From Macrostomum hystrix (Eukaryota; Animalia; Platyhelminthes), in the NCBI GenBank assembly GCA_950097015.1, contig CATNEN010000015.1, positions 1,736,001 to 1,800,000 of the forward strand: a DNA stretch of 64,000 bases, written 5' to 3'. The position numbers and the translations under genes were made by a program. Under the pieces are notes generated by a model. That model had not been told where the DNA came from. It did no database searches and was given only the letters and a program-made list of their open reading frames with translations. The stretch's first letter is position 1; every line of letters starts with the position of its first letter. Shown here piece after piece: positions 1-13,332 of this stretch.

Positions 1-1995
1 CGCAGACAATGGTTGATGAATAATTGCATTATTGATTATTTCTATTTAGGCAAGTAGGACTGACATCTGGCATTTAACACGCAATTATATAGATCGGAAT
101 GTCTTCAACACTGTCAGGACTCTCAAGCACATAAAAAAATTCCGGGTAGAGTTTACTGATTCTAAAAGCATGACCACGCTCTATATGACTGTCTTGCTAT
201 TTATCGGTTTTTCATATTTTTAATACCCAATGAATAAAGATAAAAAACTCACATAAAAACTGAAATTCACCTATTTTCCCGCCAGTAGTTCAGATATCTA
301 TCCTTTACAGCCAAATATTTTATTTTTCTTTCCTAATATTCGTTCATCTTTCTTAAACTGCCACTGTTTTTGGCCATCTCGGTTCTGACTACTACATTCC
401 CTGCCCCCTGGGGCCACTTTGGTTGCTAGAGTGACTGCGACAAATATGCTCACTCAGCTCAGAAAAAATGGTTCAACTCGGCCTGCCATGAAATGGACTG
501 CCCTGAGATCCCATGTCAGCCGTCCCTCTATATCCATCCCCAGAGCCAAACGCTCTGCTTTTAAAGACTTCCCCAATTCTCAACTCGTGGCTCAATTTCT
601 TCAGCGCTATTTTTAGCAGATGACTAGCTATTAAGCGACCTGAATATATTTGCCTAGTTGTATCAGTTGTCAGTCATTTTTTATTATTGGCATTGGGCTT
701 GGTCAGAATTGGCAGCTCACATTGCAAACTGTTCTTTGGTAGATGCGTGTTAGATACGAACAAAAAGTACAGAAGAAACTTACAATACATACTGGAAACG
801 GTAATGCGTAGCTTGGTAGCTACGCGCGTCAAAAACAATGAAAGAATGTCATGACGGTTATAGTCTTATGAAACGCTATGCATACAATTCATGCATACCA
901 TGCAAGTTGGATCATCAAGACAAAGTAATTTTTATATTTTGTATCATTTCGTATTTCGTATCATGGCATTATCTTCGAAATGAACAAATTAATGCTTAAC
1001 AAATTGTTCTATTCGATGTATTTTAAGACATAATCTTTGCTGCTCTTATATAGACACAGATAATACAATGTTTAACAGCAATCTTGTGACTATAAAAACG
1101 CCATTAGATTAAAAAATTCCATTAGTGTATACACTAATACACTAATGGGTTTAAAAATAAGACCTAAGACATTTAACGAAAGCCTATAGTTGTGGGATTT
1201 CTTCGTATTATTATCCAGAGTTTGTAGGCGGAGTTGTTCTTGGAGCCAGTTCACTACAGTTGTGCATGTGGCGCATTATTATATATTGGGTCCACAGAGA
1301 TCATTTTTGTTTTCTATTGTGTACAACAAAACTGCTAATCAAGATGAAGCGAGGTCGGCTTCGCGGCACTGTTGCTGGCGAAAAGAAAACAGCGCTGAAG
1401 AGGACGCTTTCCAAATCTTCTCTCATGGGGCAGCCGCTAAGCTAGACCTGGTAGTACGTTTTAGCCACTTCATAAAAATGCTAATTCAGTCTTCGATATT
1501 TTTAACCAACAAACGTCTTAAGATAACAAGGGTTTAAGATAAGTTCGATAATTAGCAGAGGTCAATATTTAAATTGTGGTGCTTTGGGATCGATCCGTCT
1601 AAAGAAGATGCTTTCTGAAAGAAAATAACCAAAACGATTGCAGGACTCAGGTGATTGCACAAATATCAAAAGCTAGTCAGAGGGTTTGTTAAATTGCATA
1701 AACATGAGAGGATAGTAAGCATGTTGTAAATATCAGGCAAGCATATTTTTAACAAGTAACGAAATCTGGAATTTTCCTGGAATGAGTTCTTGATTTGAAC
1801 AGATTTTTGCATGATGACTCCGAGCTCCTAGCTCGTACTAAACGATGTTCTTTGCAAGACAAGCTTGGAGCGAACATCGATCCGATAGGGAAACGAACCT
1901 ATAACAGTGTGCTTGTCAAGTTTGTCAAAGCGCCATGAAGCAGCTTTACCGAAGTCTTTACCGGCTCATTGTATTACGATCTTTGCGTTACGTCA

Positions 1996-4900
1996 TCAAA
2001 CCTCCGTGACCCTCAGCTCAATCAGATTTCCGTCAATATCGCAGAAATCGCAAGTGCCGTCTACAACAATGGCAGCTGCAGCTGCCGCGGCTACCACAGC
2101 CGCTCTTGCCGACGCTGCTGCCTCCTCCATCGCTGCCTGTTCAGCTTTCTCTGCCGCGCTGGATTCAGCCATCAGCGCTTGATGCTCATTTGGATATGTT
2201 TCCTCCTCTTCGTCTTCTGCTTCCGCGTCGGCTGCTGCTGCTGCTGCCTTTGTTGCGGCGGTGTTTTGAGTGGCAACCACGATCGCTTCTTCCGAGTTTC
2301 CAGTCGCCGCAGCGGCCGCTTTTTCAGTCGGACTTGCCCGGGCTGTCTCTTCGTTCGATCCACCGTTTCCGCGACCTCGACCTGCCGTACCAACGGTGCC
2401 GCCCCGTCCAGCCACGGGTATGCCCGCCTGACCATTGTTAGTCTCTGACTGGCAGCGGCCTCTGCAAAGCTTCTCTTTTGTCACCTGCAGAAAGGTCGGA
2501 TTCGAAAACAGATAAATGAAGATGTTCAACGAAGAGTCCAGCGTGATCATCGTGTTGGCTGTTTTCGATAGCAGAATGTCTTTCTCAGGTGGCAGGACCT
2601 TGAAAGAAAACAAAAGCTTTGAGAAGAAGGCTGGCATTTCCAGTACGAAGAAAGTCAGAGCCAGCATTATGATGAGCTTGTCCGTGCCAGTCTGGCGTTG
2701 GCGCATGTTTTGAGTTTCGCGGAAACGCTTCCTGGCCCACAGAACCTGCAGTGGTGGAAATTTCCAGATAAAACTGTAGGGAACGTTTTGCTTGAAAACT
2801 GTATTTCGTAAAAGTGCGATTTAAAAATCTACAGCGAATCACTGATGTTTTAGAAATAAAAAAATCTTAAAAAATCTAGAATGCATTGCTGATGAGTTCG
2901 TAGGACGGCCGGGTTGGTTGGGTGGCCTAAACATAAGGCAGCTTTTGTGCAAACAATCGACTTGGAAGAGCAGGTTTGGGAACCGCTGGCTCTGGGTGAG
3001 TGAGAGTTTGAATGCTGGCTTCTAAGGGAAGTGAAAAGCCAGGTTCCTAGCTTAGAAGGAGCTCAACTTTCTGTAGTCCTGACTGCTGCTTCCCTCCGCT
3101 TCTCTCCTCCTCCCCATCTGGCATGCCTTTTCCGCACTCAGAAGAAATAAAGAAAGAGCTGGCGAGCCAGCTGAGTTTAGAAACCCAGTCAGCGAGCTCC
3201 ATCATTCCCTCCTGATGGCTCTCCTTGTTGGCTGATGATCCTGCTTCAAGGGAGAAAGGGGGAATTCTGAGTTTCCCACAGCACGCGGCAAGTGCTCCTT
3301 GGTGTAGGTTTGTTTTTCAGTCGATTGGGTCTCCTTTTTCACTTTTTCGCTAGCTCTTTAGATTCGTTCGGTGAATTTCTCGCTTGGTACGCCTTTTCTT
3401 GCGTTATATTGTTCCACCGGTTGTATTGTAGCCCGTAGTACAGCTTTTTGTACTTTTCGTCTTTTTCCTTTCCGATATTTGCTCTAAAAAACTTTTTCGC
3501 ATTGAAAATGCTTCTATAAATCTTCTTATTTTCTGTTTCAATCTCTTCTGGTTCGTCCGTGACTACCGCCCGTGGTTGACCCGAGTGTACCAGCTAAATC
3601 TCGTGTCAGAAGTTCTTCGGCTATTGCCCGCTCCGTTTTAAGCACTCATGATTTTATCTCGTACCATTGCTACGTACGCAACGTTCTCTAGGTAGCACAA
3701 GGCTGGGGTACTTTAGCATGTCAGGGGTTGTCTTTGAGCACTTTGGCTTCGTCGGACTAAATCTGCAGTATTAAAAAAGCATTAATTCAGCTTCAAAAAA
3801 AATCAGTAGCTCTATTGCTGTCTCGAAATTCTGGCACATGTGTCCCGAAAACTAAAGGAAAGATTATAGAAAATTTCCCTAACACCGGAATTGATAGAAC
3901 GGATTTTCTCTTCGAAGTCAGTTTCCGCCGCTGACCCCCACCCTCTCCAGTTTTTGCAGTGTTTGCCTAATTTTTGCAACCATCTCAGAGTTAGTTAAGT
4001 GGAAGTAAGCAAGAGACAGAGCTCCTATATTCCCAAGCTCAGCCATCCAGATTGGGATTTTGGGTGAGGTTGGGTCCTAGCGTCAATATTTGCGAGCCTG
4101 TCCTTCGTTTAATGAAGGCTTGAGCCTAGTCTGGTCGTCTCACTCGGTCCATGTTTCTCTTGTGTCATCTCTTGTCCCCTCTTCTGCGCAAATGCAGCCC
4201 TTACCCAGCAGCACTGGCACTCGATGCTAACCCTTGCTAGCTGTTCCTGTTTCACCAACCAAAACCTGTTTTGGCGTGCGAAACTTCACTTCAAATGGCT
4301 GCTACTGGGTTTGGTGACACAGGATTTTGAGTAACCTGAAATGCTTGGTACCCGGTGAGAGCTGAAAATCAGATCCGAGGTTTCTTGTCTCACGTCAGAT
4401 GTTTCATTGTTGCTTAAAATGGCTAATAAAATTGGGCCTATTGTCCTGCTAGTCCAGATGGACAGGTGTACTTCAAATTCCACTTCACTTCATCAGTATC
4501 GCCTATTGTACTATTATCGTTCTAAAGCAAATTTTAACTGTTGAAATTAATCGCCTTAATCGTATATAGTGGCGCATCTACATTTTATTTGTTTGAGCAA
4601 TCAAAGCCAGTGGGTTCGATCTACATATCAATTTTCAGTGTGTTAAAAGCTTTGAGTTGGCTGCGAGGCAGCTAAAATGAATGACGCTTTCTAAAGTTCC
4701 TCGTTGATGAAAAGTTTTCATTATGCACGGACCTCGTTTCAAGCTAGTCTAAAAATTTTTTTCTTAAGCCAAATGCAACGGTCTCAATCCTGACAGGTAA
4801 TCAAACTATAAAATATTCGTGTTTTTGTCTGTCTTTCTGAGAACTGTGATATCGAGCAAATGTATTAATTTTAAATGAATAAAAATTCAATCTACCGTAA

Positions 4901-5866
4901 TCTCGAAAAGTAAGGCTATTATTTGTAGTTCTTAAACTCGACTCGCAGTAAATAACTAAAACTTTATCGAGATTTTGTTGCTAGTTCGTCACGTCACGCA
5001 CCGTTGGGATGTACGAGTACTTTTCTCGACAGTAACCGATAAAAGATATTCATCTGGTCTGCAGTTGTCGCAAAGTGAACCCACATTAACCTCACCTTGA
5101 GCACAAACGCGCTGCAGATGAGCACAGTGATTGTCGGCCCACCGGACTGCAGAATAAACAGGCAGGCAGACAAGTAGAATAGTTTGTAAACATCGTTAAA
5201 CATAACCGGCGGATAGGGGCTTGTAGTCTTCAGCACGTAGAGCCTGGCATCCGGGTGGTAGCAGACAGCCTCGTAGGCCTCGAACAGCCTTGGTAGCATA
5301 ATTAGTGTACACATTACGCCTATTAAGACAACTATGCGCACGCTGGCCTCCTTGTGGAACAGTTTCATTCTGGCCATCGAGCGGCACACAGCCTCGTAGC
5401 GATAGAGACTCAGCGCTGCCAGAGTCCAGTTGCGGGCCAGCTGGAAGGTAGCCGAAATCTGGCGCAAGACGCCAGCTGCTGCGCTCAGCGCTACAGCCAA
5501 GGCCCGGCTTCGCAGCGGTGGCAGACAGCAGCCACGCAACAGGTTGGCACCATAGTAGCCAGCCTGGCCCAGCTGAAAGGCCACCTCAAACAGTGACAGA
5601 CCTAGCAGTAGCACACTCATGATGGACTTGTTAAACGCTTTGTTGCGAAAGATAGCAAAGCTAAAACCGTTCGCTGCGGCGTTAAATAGACTCAAAAGAA
5701 TGATGCCGATCTCCAAAGCATCAGGCGAGTGATACTGTTGATCCAGCAGCAACTCATGGTGATACTTGCTAAGGTTGCTTGAGTTTGAGGCGAAGTCGCA
5801 ATAAGAAACGTCGTCCATTATCATAACCAGAGCGAAGGCGCTACTTTCATTCGGAAAGTCGCCCAT
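1996..5866 (-). CDS. Rhodopsin-like (class A) GPCR, peptide-receptor-like, 2 exons, ~506 aa
   Basis: Exon 1 is 5866-5096 (TM1-TM5; 'SLYRYEAVC' at the DRY position; AAG|GTGAGG donor). Exon 2 is 2745-1996 (CTGCAG|GTT acceptor; TM6 'LIIMLALTFFVLEMP', TM7 'DSSLNIFIYLFSNPTF'; long Ala/Glu-rich tail). Both junctions are phase 0, so the join is in frame. Confidence 0.85.
3300..4000 (-). mobile_element. Possible highly decayed non-LTR retroelement remnant in the GPCR intron
   Basis: Stop-interrupted minus-strand translations include 'KLERVGVSG' (resembles the RT 'KL..lGi.G' motif) and a Lys/Glu-rich linker-like segment. There is no intact ORF and the order of pieces is not canonical. Confidence 0.2.
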
Positions 5867-7334
5867 TGTCAGACAGTTGTTTCCAACTTCTTGATGTGTT
5901 TAATTTCTAAGCGAGAGCTGTCATCTGATTCTGGCATTTTCTTTAAGCTTTATATCGCTTCTTGTGCTTCGTCCAATCCGTTTCCGGTTGGATTTCTATT
6001 CCCCTCTGACCAATGGGCTCAGCTTTTGCCACATGCTGCTGCTGCTGCTGCCGCTAGTTCTGCTTCTAGGCTTAGCCAATCAACGATTTGCTGTTTCTTG
6101 CCGCAATCTGTCGTTTGTATTGAGCAATTGAGCACAGACAGAATTATGACGCCGCAAGGACCCATTTTCAAGCGGAATAAAAAAGACTTCTAGTTTTCTA
6201 TAGTCTATGGTATTTTTTGTCGAATCCAAGGTATTGTGGTGCTACTTCTACCACCACCACAACAGACTTCTACTGCCTGTTGATTTGTCTGCAGCTACAC
6301 CGTTTTGCGTTTCTGTTTCGTTGCCTCTACTGTTCGCGTTCTGAGGCAGTTCACGTTCTGGGGCACGTTGTGCGCCTGTATTTTTGTCTGTGTGCACAGT
6401 ATATCTGCGAGTGAGCTGGTGTGCCCAGCTCTTTTGCTTAGGCTACCCGCTGCTTGCCTATCCCACTCTGCCTGTCCCTCCGCCTGTCACTCAATGTTCC
6501 GCGGTGTAATAATTGCCGGAGTATGTTTGTTTATTTTAATCCTGTTTTGTCAAGCAATGGAGCGCAGGTTGGAAAATTCCAGTATCTGAGAAAAAATGAG
6601 CAACTTAATTTAAAGAACTTAAGAAAAAGCAAATGCGGGACTTAATACTCGGTAGAAATTTACACTCGAAAATTAAATCATGATAAATACTTTTATTCAT
6701 TGCCAGATCTTCAGTTCAAGCTTCTTTTATTTTATTGCACAACCATTTCCGTCACAAAGCAATTGGAGCAACTCGCAGGTAGATTATTCTTTTCTTTTGT
6801 TTTTGTTCGAGTCTTACAAGCAATCAATAGGCAGCTCATTGCTGGCTCTCTCATTAACTCCCCTCTCACTCACTGTAAGCGAAGAAACTTCCTGCTTTTA
6901 GTCTGATTATACTGCCTCTAAATATCCAATTTCATAAATTACAAAAACATATTTTTACCACTCAGTCCGCGCACTAAAAGCGCTAACATCATTGGTTTGT
7001 TAGCTGTAGTTTTCCCCTTTTTACACACCGCTTCTGTTTAGTGCTAATGGGAAGCACTCTTCATTATTATCCTCGGCCTGTCACGACATTTCTTCCCTCA
7101 GCACTGTCTGTTTCCTACGGACTTTTTTTATCCAGCAAGCGTGTCAAATAACCCAAATTGCTTGCCCCCCACACTTCCAACCGACAAATTGGACTTAAGG
7201 TCCGATTAGGGTTGCTGCTAATTAACTGTCACTCCGCCTCTGTCTGTCTGTTCTTTTATTATACTTGTCTGTTCTCGCTGTCTCTATGATTGGTTCTGGG
7301 CTTTTGTTATGTGACTGCTGACTCTTCGGCTGCC

Positions 7335-7577
7335 TCTCTGTCTTTTCTGGTTGTCTGTCAGTTTTGGCTGTCTGTCCGTCCTGTCCTGTCCTGTCCTGTC
7401 CTGTCCTGTCTGTCTTTTTGTCTGTCCTGTCCTCTCCTGTCTGTCTTTTTGTCTGTCCTGTCCTCTCCTGTCTGTCTTTTTGTCTGTCCTGTCCTGTCCT
7501 GTCTGTCTTTTTGTCTGTCCTGTCCTGTCCTATCCTGTCTGTCTTTTTTTCTGTCCTGTCTGTCTGTCTGTTTGCCT

Positions 7578-7609
<32 letters not shown>

Positions 7610-7705
7610 ATCTGTCTGTCCGTCTTACTGACTCTCAATCTGACTGTCCTGTCTGTCTGTCTGTCTGTCTGTCTGACTGACTCTCTATCTGACTGTCTTG
7701 TCTGT
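7335..7705. repeat. (CTGT)n/(CTGTC)n microsatellite
   Basis: Direct reading of the sequence; explains the LSVC/DRQT ORFs. Confidence 0.95.
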
Positions 7706-10011
7706 TCTGGTTGTCTGTGTCAGGTTGTCTTCTATGTGTTTGTCTGCCAGCTTGTACTATTCATTTATTTTTTGTCAAAATAAATCTGACTCCCCGCTTG
7801 CTTTAAAAAGTAATTTCTAGTGCGAGTCTGCTTACTGAGTTGTATGCACTCCGTCATATTCGTTGCTCTTAGTGGTTCGCATTTTATTATTAGCTTTCTG
7901 TGGTCTTAATAATTATTTGAAATGAATTATTCTGCCTCCGCTGGTCTCACTGCTTACACTGGGGCTCATCCTTTTGATTAAATTTATTCTACACGGACAC
8001 TGTAGCATTGTGCCCAGCTTCACTCTTTTGTGTTGAGTTTCAGCCTAAGCTAGAGTCTATTGGTGAAGTTTGATTAATTACATTGTGTCTGGCATTTTCT
8101 TCAGCTGCTTGAGCACTTCTCGGTTTCGCGTAGAATTGCCAAGCCCCTGGTTAAGGTACACCTAATTATTTTCGCTACATCTAAAATACCCGAACACCTA
8201 AGAGAAGCAGGCATTGAGGATGCAGCGCAGCAGAGCGAATCCGTCAGGTAGATTGAGACACTGGCTTGCTAGTGGAATGCCTTATTAGGACGCAGGCATT
8301 GAGGATGCAAGCGAAGGGCAGCGTTGACAAGATAAAAATGACTGCTTTGCCATAATCGACAGTAACTTCGCTAATTAAACTTGATTTGCAAGCCATTGAT
8401 TAGCCATACTAATTAATTATGGTCTCTTGTATTTTTTAAAAGTCTCATTGTATCTTGTTCGGAGTATTGTTGGCTTTGACAAGCATAAGCCGGAACCTGT
8501 TTTGAGATACCAGCGTGATTGTGGGAATGATTTAGTGGGCAATAAAACCAGTACATGCTTTAACAATGATTAACTTACAATATTTCCCATCCTCCTGCTG
8601 AGAACATGCTCACAATTCTCACATTTTCTCGCGTATTCCTCGAGCAATTATATCATCTTCTCTTTGAGCTCTGAGCTTTGAGAATGATTTCTCTTGGCCA
8701 AGTGGGTCGAATTAAAATGTACTCAACTCCGCATAATAGAAAAATGTCTTCTCTATCGAAGCATTGAAATAATTAGTTGCTAGGGCTGCGGAATTAGTGA
8801 TGGTACTCCAGAGACCGGATCATGTACGGACTAGGCAAGCCTGCATTATTCATAACTGCCATGGAGGCTTGCGAATGCTCGTCCTGCTACAAATTTACTC
8901 ACATTTCAACTGTTTTTTTTGCATTTGTTTCTTAGAATTTTCCATTCGAAACAAAAATCTGGACGTAAAACAGACGATTTCAAAAGTACAAAAAGCCTTC
9001 TAACTAAATGTTGGTTTATAGATTTCTACCACTTTGACAAGATTTCAATCCATGCGTAAAGATCATTTTCTTTTTCAGGTCTCCGTCTGCTATAATGGCA
9101 GCGTCAGATATTGCTTGCTGCATTTCACTGAGCCTCTGTTTGTTTCTATGCAAACAGAAACTTTCTCCTTTCAGCGCGTCTTCCTCCCCCTCCCACTGAC
9201 TGGCTTCTCGTTCAGCAGAAGCTCCCATTTTTTTCTCCCAGTTTTTGTGTCCCTTTTTCAGTTATTCTTCTGACTTGCCTGCCTCCAGAAGCAAATGAAT
9301 GTTCCGTTGGTTGAAGAAGACATTGACTGCAGCCTACAGATTGCGTGTGTACTCTCGAGCCGACTCACTGCTAGCTAAGAAACGTGCCCAAATCCTACAA
9401 CTGTATTCCCCCAAGCCTGCCTATTTTTCTTCATTCTGACACAATCGTTAGGTTGGTTGGCTGTTTGCGACAGACATTTTCTTGAATTTTCTTGAATCGT
9501 TCGTGCGGAAGTTTTTTTTTAAATAAAAAGAAGAATTTGTAAATTTGCCGCACCAAATTTGGCAGCCATGCACGTCTGTTATACCTTTCGCCTTCCAGCC
9601 TTCCTTCGTACCTACCTGAACTGTGCCGCATCCTCCGTCATCAAATTTTCTCTTGCATTATCATTCTCAGTTGTTTGTTGTTAATGCATCTTTGTCTTCC
9701 CGGCTACTGTTTGACAGTCTATTGTGTAAGGTAATTTGAGTTTTTCTGGCCCAATTCCCCTGTCTATTTGAGTTAAAGAGGAATTTTGTGGCTTTGTTGT
9801 ACCAGCCAATTTCTTAGACATGTTTTTCTAAGAAATTTGTATACAATACCCTGGAGACATGGATAACTAAAATTGGTCTGTATAAGTTCTGTATCGCCCT
9901 ATCGCGCTGAGCTACAAAAGCTGTCTACAGCGCAGTTCAGTCCACAGACTGGGAAGAGGCGACACAGCCGCCCCAAATTAATTTGGCCTCTAGCTCACGA
10001 ACATAGTCTTA

Positions 10012-10070
10012 CTCACTTGAGATTCGAACTCCCGACCTCAGAATTACTAAAGCTCTAACGGCTGGGCCGC
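10012..10070 (-). mobile_element. tRNA-like SINE head fragment
   Basis: Reverse complement reads ggcccagccgttagagc...ggtcgggagttcgaatctc, with pol III A/B-box-like motifs and no complete cloverleaf. A similar B-box piece lies at ~12045-12075 (+). Confidence 0.4.
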
Positions 10071-10138
10071 AACCTCTCTTCTTTTTCTATGTGCGAAAAA
10101 TTATTTGTTGTAAGATAGGGACAGTAGGGACTGTTTTC

Positions 10139-10563
10139 AATGGTCCAGCCCCGTCCCCCAATGGTCCAAACAGCCCATCCCCAATGGTCCAAACAGCCCA
10201 TCCCCAATGGTCCAAACAGCCCCATCCCCAATGGTCCAAACAGCCCCATCCCCAATGGTCCAAACAGCCCATCCCCAATGGTCCAAACAGCCCATCCCCA
10301 ATGGTCCAAACAGCCCATCCACAATGGTCCAAACAGCCCATCCCCAATGGTCCAAACAGCCCATCCCCAATGGTCCAAACAGCCCCATCCCCAATGGTCC
10401 AAACAGCCCCATCCCCAATGGTCCAAACAGCCCCATCCCCAATGGTCCAAACAGCCCCATCCCCAATGGTCCAAACAGCCCCATCCCCAATGGTCCAAAC
10501 AGCCCCATCCCCAATGGTCCAAACAGCCCCATCCCCAATGGTCCAAACAGCCCCATCCCCAAT
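10139..10563. repeat. 23/24-bp minisatellite (GGTCCAAACAGCCC[C]ATCCCCAAT), ~18 copies
   Basis: Direct tandem repeat that runs straight into a GC-rich coding-like exon at 10562. Confidence 0.95.
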
Positions 10564-11906
10564 GTCGCCATCGCCAGATTCAGAGCAGTCCGCCAGGCGC
10601 CGTTATGCCGATCAGTTCCGGACGCGCAAGGCCCAGGCTGACACGGCGCTGGAGCTCCGGCTGGCACAGCTGGTTGAGCGAGAACGCGCCGCCCACGCCG
10701 CCATCGTTGATCGGGCGCGTCGGGAGCTGGCCAGAATGCGACGGGCCCTGCCGAAGCCGCAGCCCCTGCCGCCGCCGCCTCAACCAGCACTTCAACAGCA
10801 GCAGCAGCAGCAGCAGCCTTCTTCAATGACCGAAGACGCCAACTCTCTGTCCTCAGCTGACGAAGCCTTTGAAATGGAACAGGATTATGGCAATGCGGAA
10901 CCGGAACCCGAGACGGAAGCTGCGGAACCGGAACCGGAGGCAGCCAGCGAGCTTGCCAATCGCCGACCTGGCAGTGCTGCCGCCCCAGCCATGGTGGCTC
11001 AGTCGCTGCCAATCAGTATCAATCGTTCGGCTGCCGTGGCCGCTGCCGCTGCCGCTGCCGAGGACATGCCAACCAGGGCTGAAGGTGTGCATAATGCTTC
11101 CGTGCTTTCGTCAAATTTAAAAATACTTTTTTGTTTTCGTTCGTGCCGTTATTTTTTATTACCCGAGTGATGTTTGCTTTGTATCTTCCTCAACAATTAT
11201 TCCTCAATTATGTTGAGGTTGAGGCTGTTCTGGTTGTTTTCTTTTCAATTATGTTCATTGATCTGTCAGTCAATTCTGTCAATTTTTTCTGTCAGATTGC
11301 TATTGTCTACTCGAAGTTTTATCAGTTTTTTCAGTCACTTCTGTCAGTCCGCCAGTCAGTTCTGTCAGTCAGTTCTGTCAGTCAGTCAGTCAGTCAGTTC
11401 TGTCAGTCAGTCAGTCAGTTCTGTCAGTCAGTCAGTCAGTTCTGTCAGTCAGTTCTGTCAGTCCACCCCACCCACCAACGATCGCCTCCCCAGCCGCCTC
11501 CAACGATGAGGTGGGCCTGCCGGACGCTGCCGAGTTCCAAGGCATGACGGATGCTGAGCGGCTTTACGTCATGCAGGCGGTGTCCTATCGCTACTCGGCC
11601 AGCGTGCGCGAGCACGACCAGTTCGGCAGCCGCGGGCCGCCCTACCTGCAGCGCCTGGCCGAGAAGGCCCGCAGCTCCAGGCGCGAGCAGCGGCGCAGCA
11701 GCATCGGCCGCCGGAGTCGCGGCCTCAGCGCCACCGACGAACTGCTGGAGGCCGAAGAGTCAACCGAGGCGGATGCCGCAGCCGCACCCGCCACCATCGT
11801 CGCCTCAGTCGCCGCTGACGAATACAATTTCACTAGTCCGCAGCCGCGAGTGCTCCGAGCCAACACCATCAGTGTGGACATGTCCAGGGCGTTTAAGAAG
11901 CTGTGA
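10562..11906 (+). CDS. Unknown protein with coiled-coil, poly-Q/poly-A and Arg/Ser-rich segments; at least 2 exons, 5' end unresolved
   Basis: Exon A is ~10562-11084 (MSPSPDSEQSARRRYADQFRTRK...DMPTRAE; GAAG|GTGTGC donor, phase 1). Exon B is ~11449-11906 (...DEVGLPDAAEFQGMTDAERLYVMQAVSYRY...RAFKKL*), with a phase-compatible AG at 11447-11448 inside a TCAG microsatellite. Codon usage is strongly GC3-biased. No family recognised. Confidence 0.6.
11335..11461. repeat. (TCAG)n/TCTGTCAG microsatellite at the intron 3' end
   Basis: Direct reading; supplies many tandem CAG acceptors. Confidence 0.9.
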
Positions 11907-12454
11907 AATATTTTTATCTGGAGTGTGTTCGTCTCAGCCCCGGACTTCTTTTATCAAAGAAATGAAAAGTTTTGCTGCTTTCGTGTTGCGCTTTGAGCTT
12001 GATGGCTTTTTATTAAACTGTGTCTGAGATTTGCACTTCTAGCGATAGAGGTCGGGAGTTCGATTTCAAACCCTAGCTTCAGTTCTCCCAGTCCATGGAC
12101 TGGCCCAAATGGGTTAGGTACAATTTCTGTCACGTCATGCCTACTTCTAGTAGTAAGAATCTATTTAAAGTCTATTTTTATTGTCAGTTACGTCAGTCGG
12201 TGCGTCCTTCTATGTTCGTATTTAAACACAAACGCTCGTTCGCCTGAGTCTTGACCTTATTTTTAACCTAAGCTGCAGTGAGTAATTTGAGAAATAACCA
12301 CTGCTAATATAGTTTTAAGTCCATGATTGCTTGACCATATTATCCCAAAATATTTTTGCTTCCATTGCCGTGTTCAAATTTTGAAATCTTTTGAGATATT
12401 TTTTAAACTGTCGTTTTTATTCAACTAGGTTATTTTCAATTTATTGTTAATTGT

Positions 12455-13332
12455 AGATTCTGGATCAGTCTATGACTATGGTCATTATCTAGATTCTGGT
12501 TCAGATAATGACTATGGTCACTATCTAGATTCTGGATCAGTCTATGACTATGGTCATTATCTAGATTCTAGATCAGTCTATGACTATGGTCATTATCTAG
12601 ATTCTGGATCAGTCTATGACTATGGTCATTATCTAGATTCTGGATCAGTCTATGACTATGGTCACTTTCTAGATTCTGGATCAGTCTATGACTATGGTCA
12701 TTATCTAGATTCTGGATCAGTCTATGACTATGGTCATTATCTAGATTCTAGATCAGTCTATGACTATGGTCATTATCTAGATTCTGGATCAGTCTATGAC
12801 TATGGTCATTATCTAGATTCTGGATCAGTCTATGACTATGGTCACTTTCTAGATTCTGGATCAGTCTATGACTATGGTCATTATCTAGATTCTGGATCAG
12901 TCTATGACTATGGTCATTATCTAGATTCTGGATCAGTCTATCAGTCTATGACTATGGTCATTATCTAGATTCTGGATCAGTCTATCAGTCTATGACTATG
13001 GTCATTATCTAGATTCTGGATCAGTCTATGACTATGGTCATTATCTAGATTCTGGATCAGTCTATCAGTCTATGACTATGGTCATTATCTAGATTCTGGA
13101 TCAGTCTATCAGTCTATGACTATGGTCATTATCTAGATTCTGGATCAGTCTATCAGTCTATGACTATGGTCATTATCTAGATTCTGGATCAGTCTATCAG
13201 TCTATGACTATGGTCATTATCTAGATTCTGGATCAGTCTATCAGTCTATGACTTTGGTCATTATCTAGATTCTGGATCAGTCTATCAGTCTATGACTATG
13301 GTCATTGTCTAGATTCTGGATCAGTCTATGAT
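12455..13332. repeat. 36-bp minisatellite (TCTAGATTCTGGATCAGTCTATGACTATGGTCATTA) changing to a 44-bp variant
   Basis: About 13 units of 36 bp, then mostly units carrying an 8-bp internal duplication (TCAGTCTA) from ~12935. Confidence 0.95.

Noticed and set aside
419-616. Short ORF with faint similarity to a LINE C-terminus
   Set aside because: Similarity is too weak to support without a search.
1119-1150. 18-bp palindrome ATTAGTGTATACACTAAT with partial duplication
   Set aside because: Isolated AT-rich hairpin, with no TSD or second copy to suggest a MITE or regulatory role.
2889-2910. Hammerhead-ribozyme-like CTGATGA-GTTC-GTA-GGAC
   Set aside because: The required GAAA after stem II is absent (GGCC instead), and I could not find stems I and III.
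5891-6906. Several short plus-strand ORFs next to the GPCR start
   Set aside because: Low-complexity promoter/UTR-like DNA; no coherent exon chain or domain.
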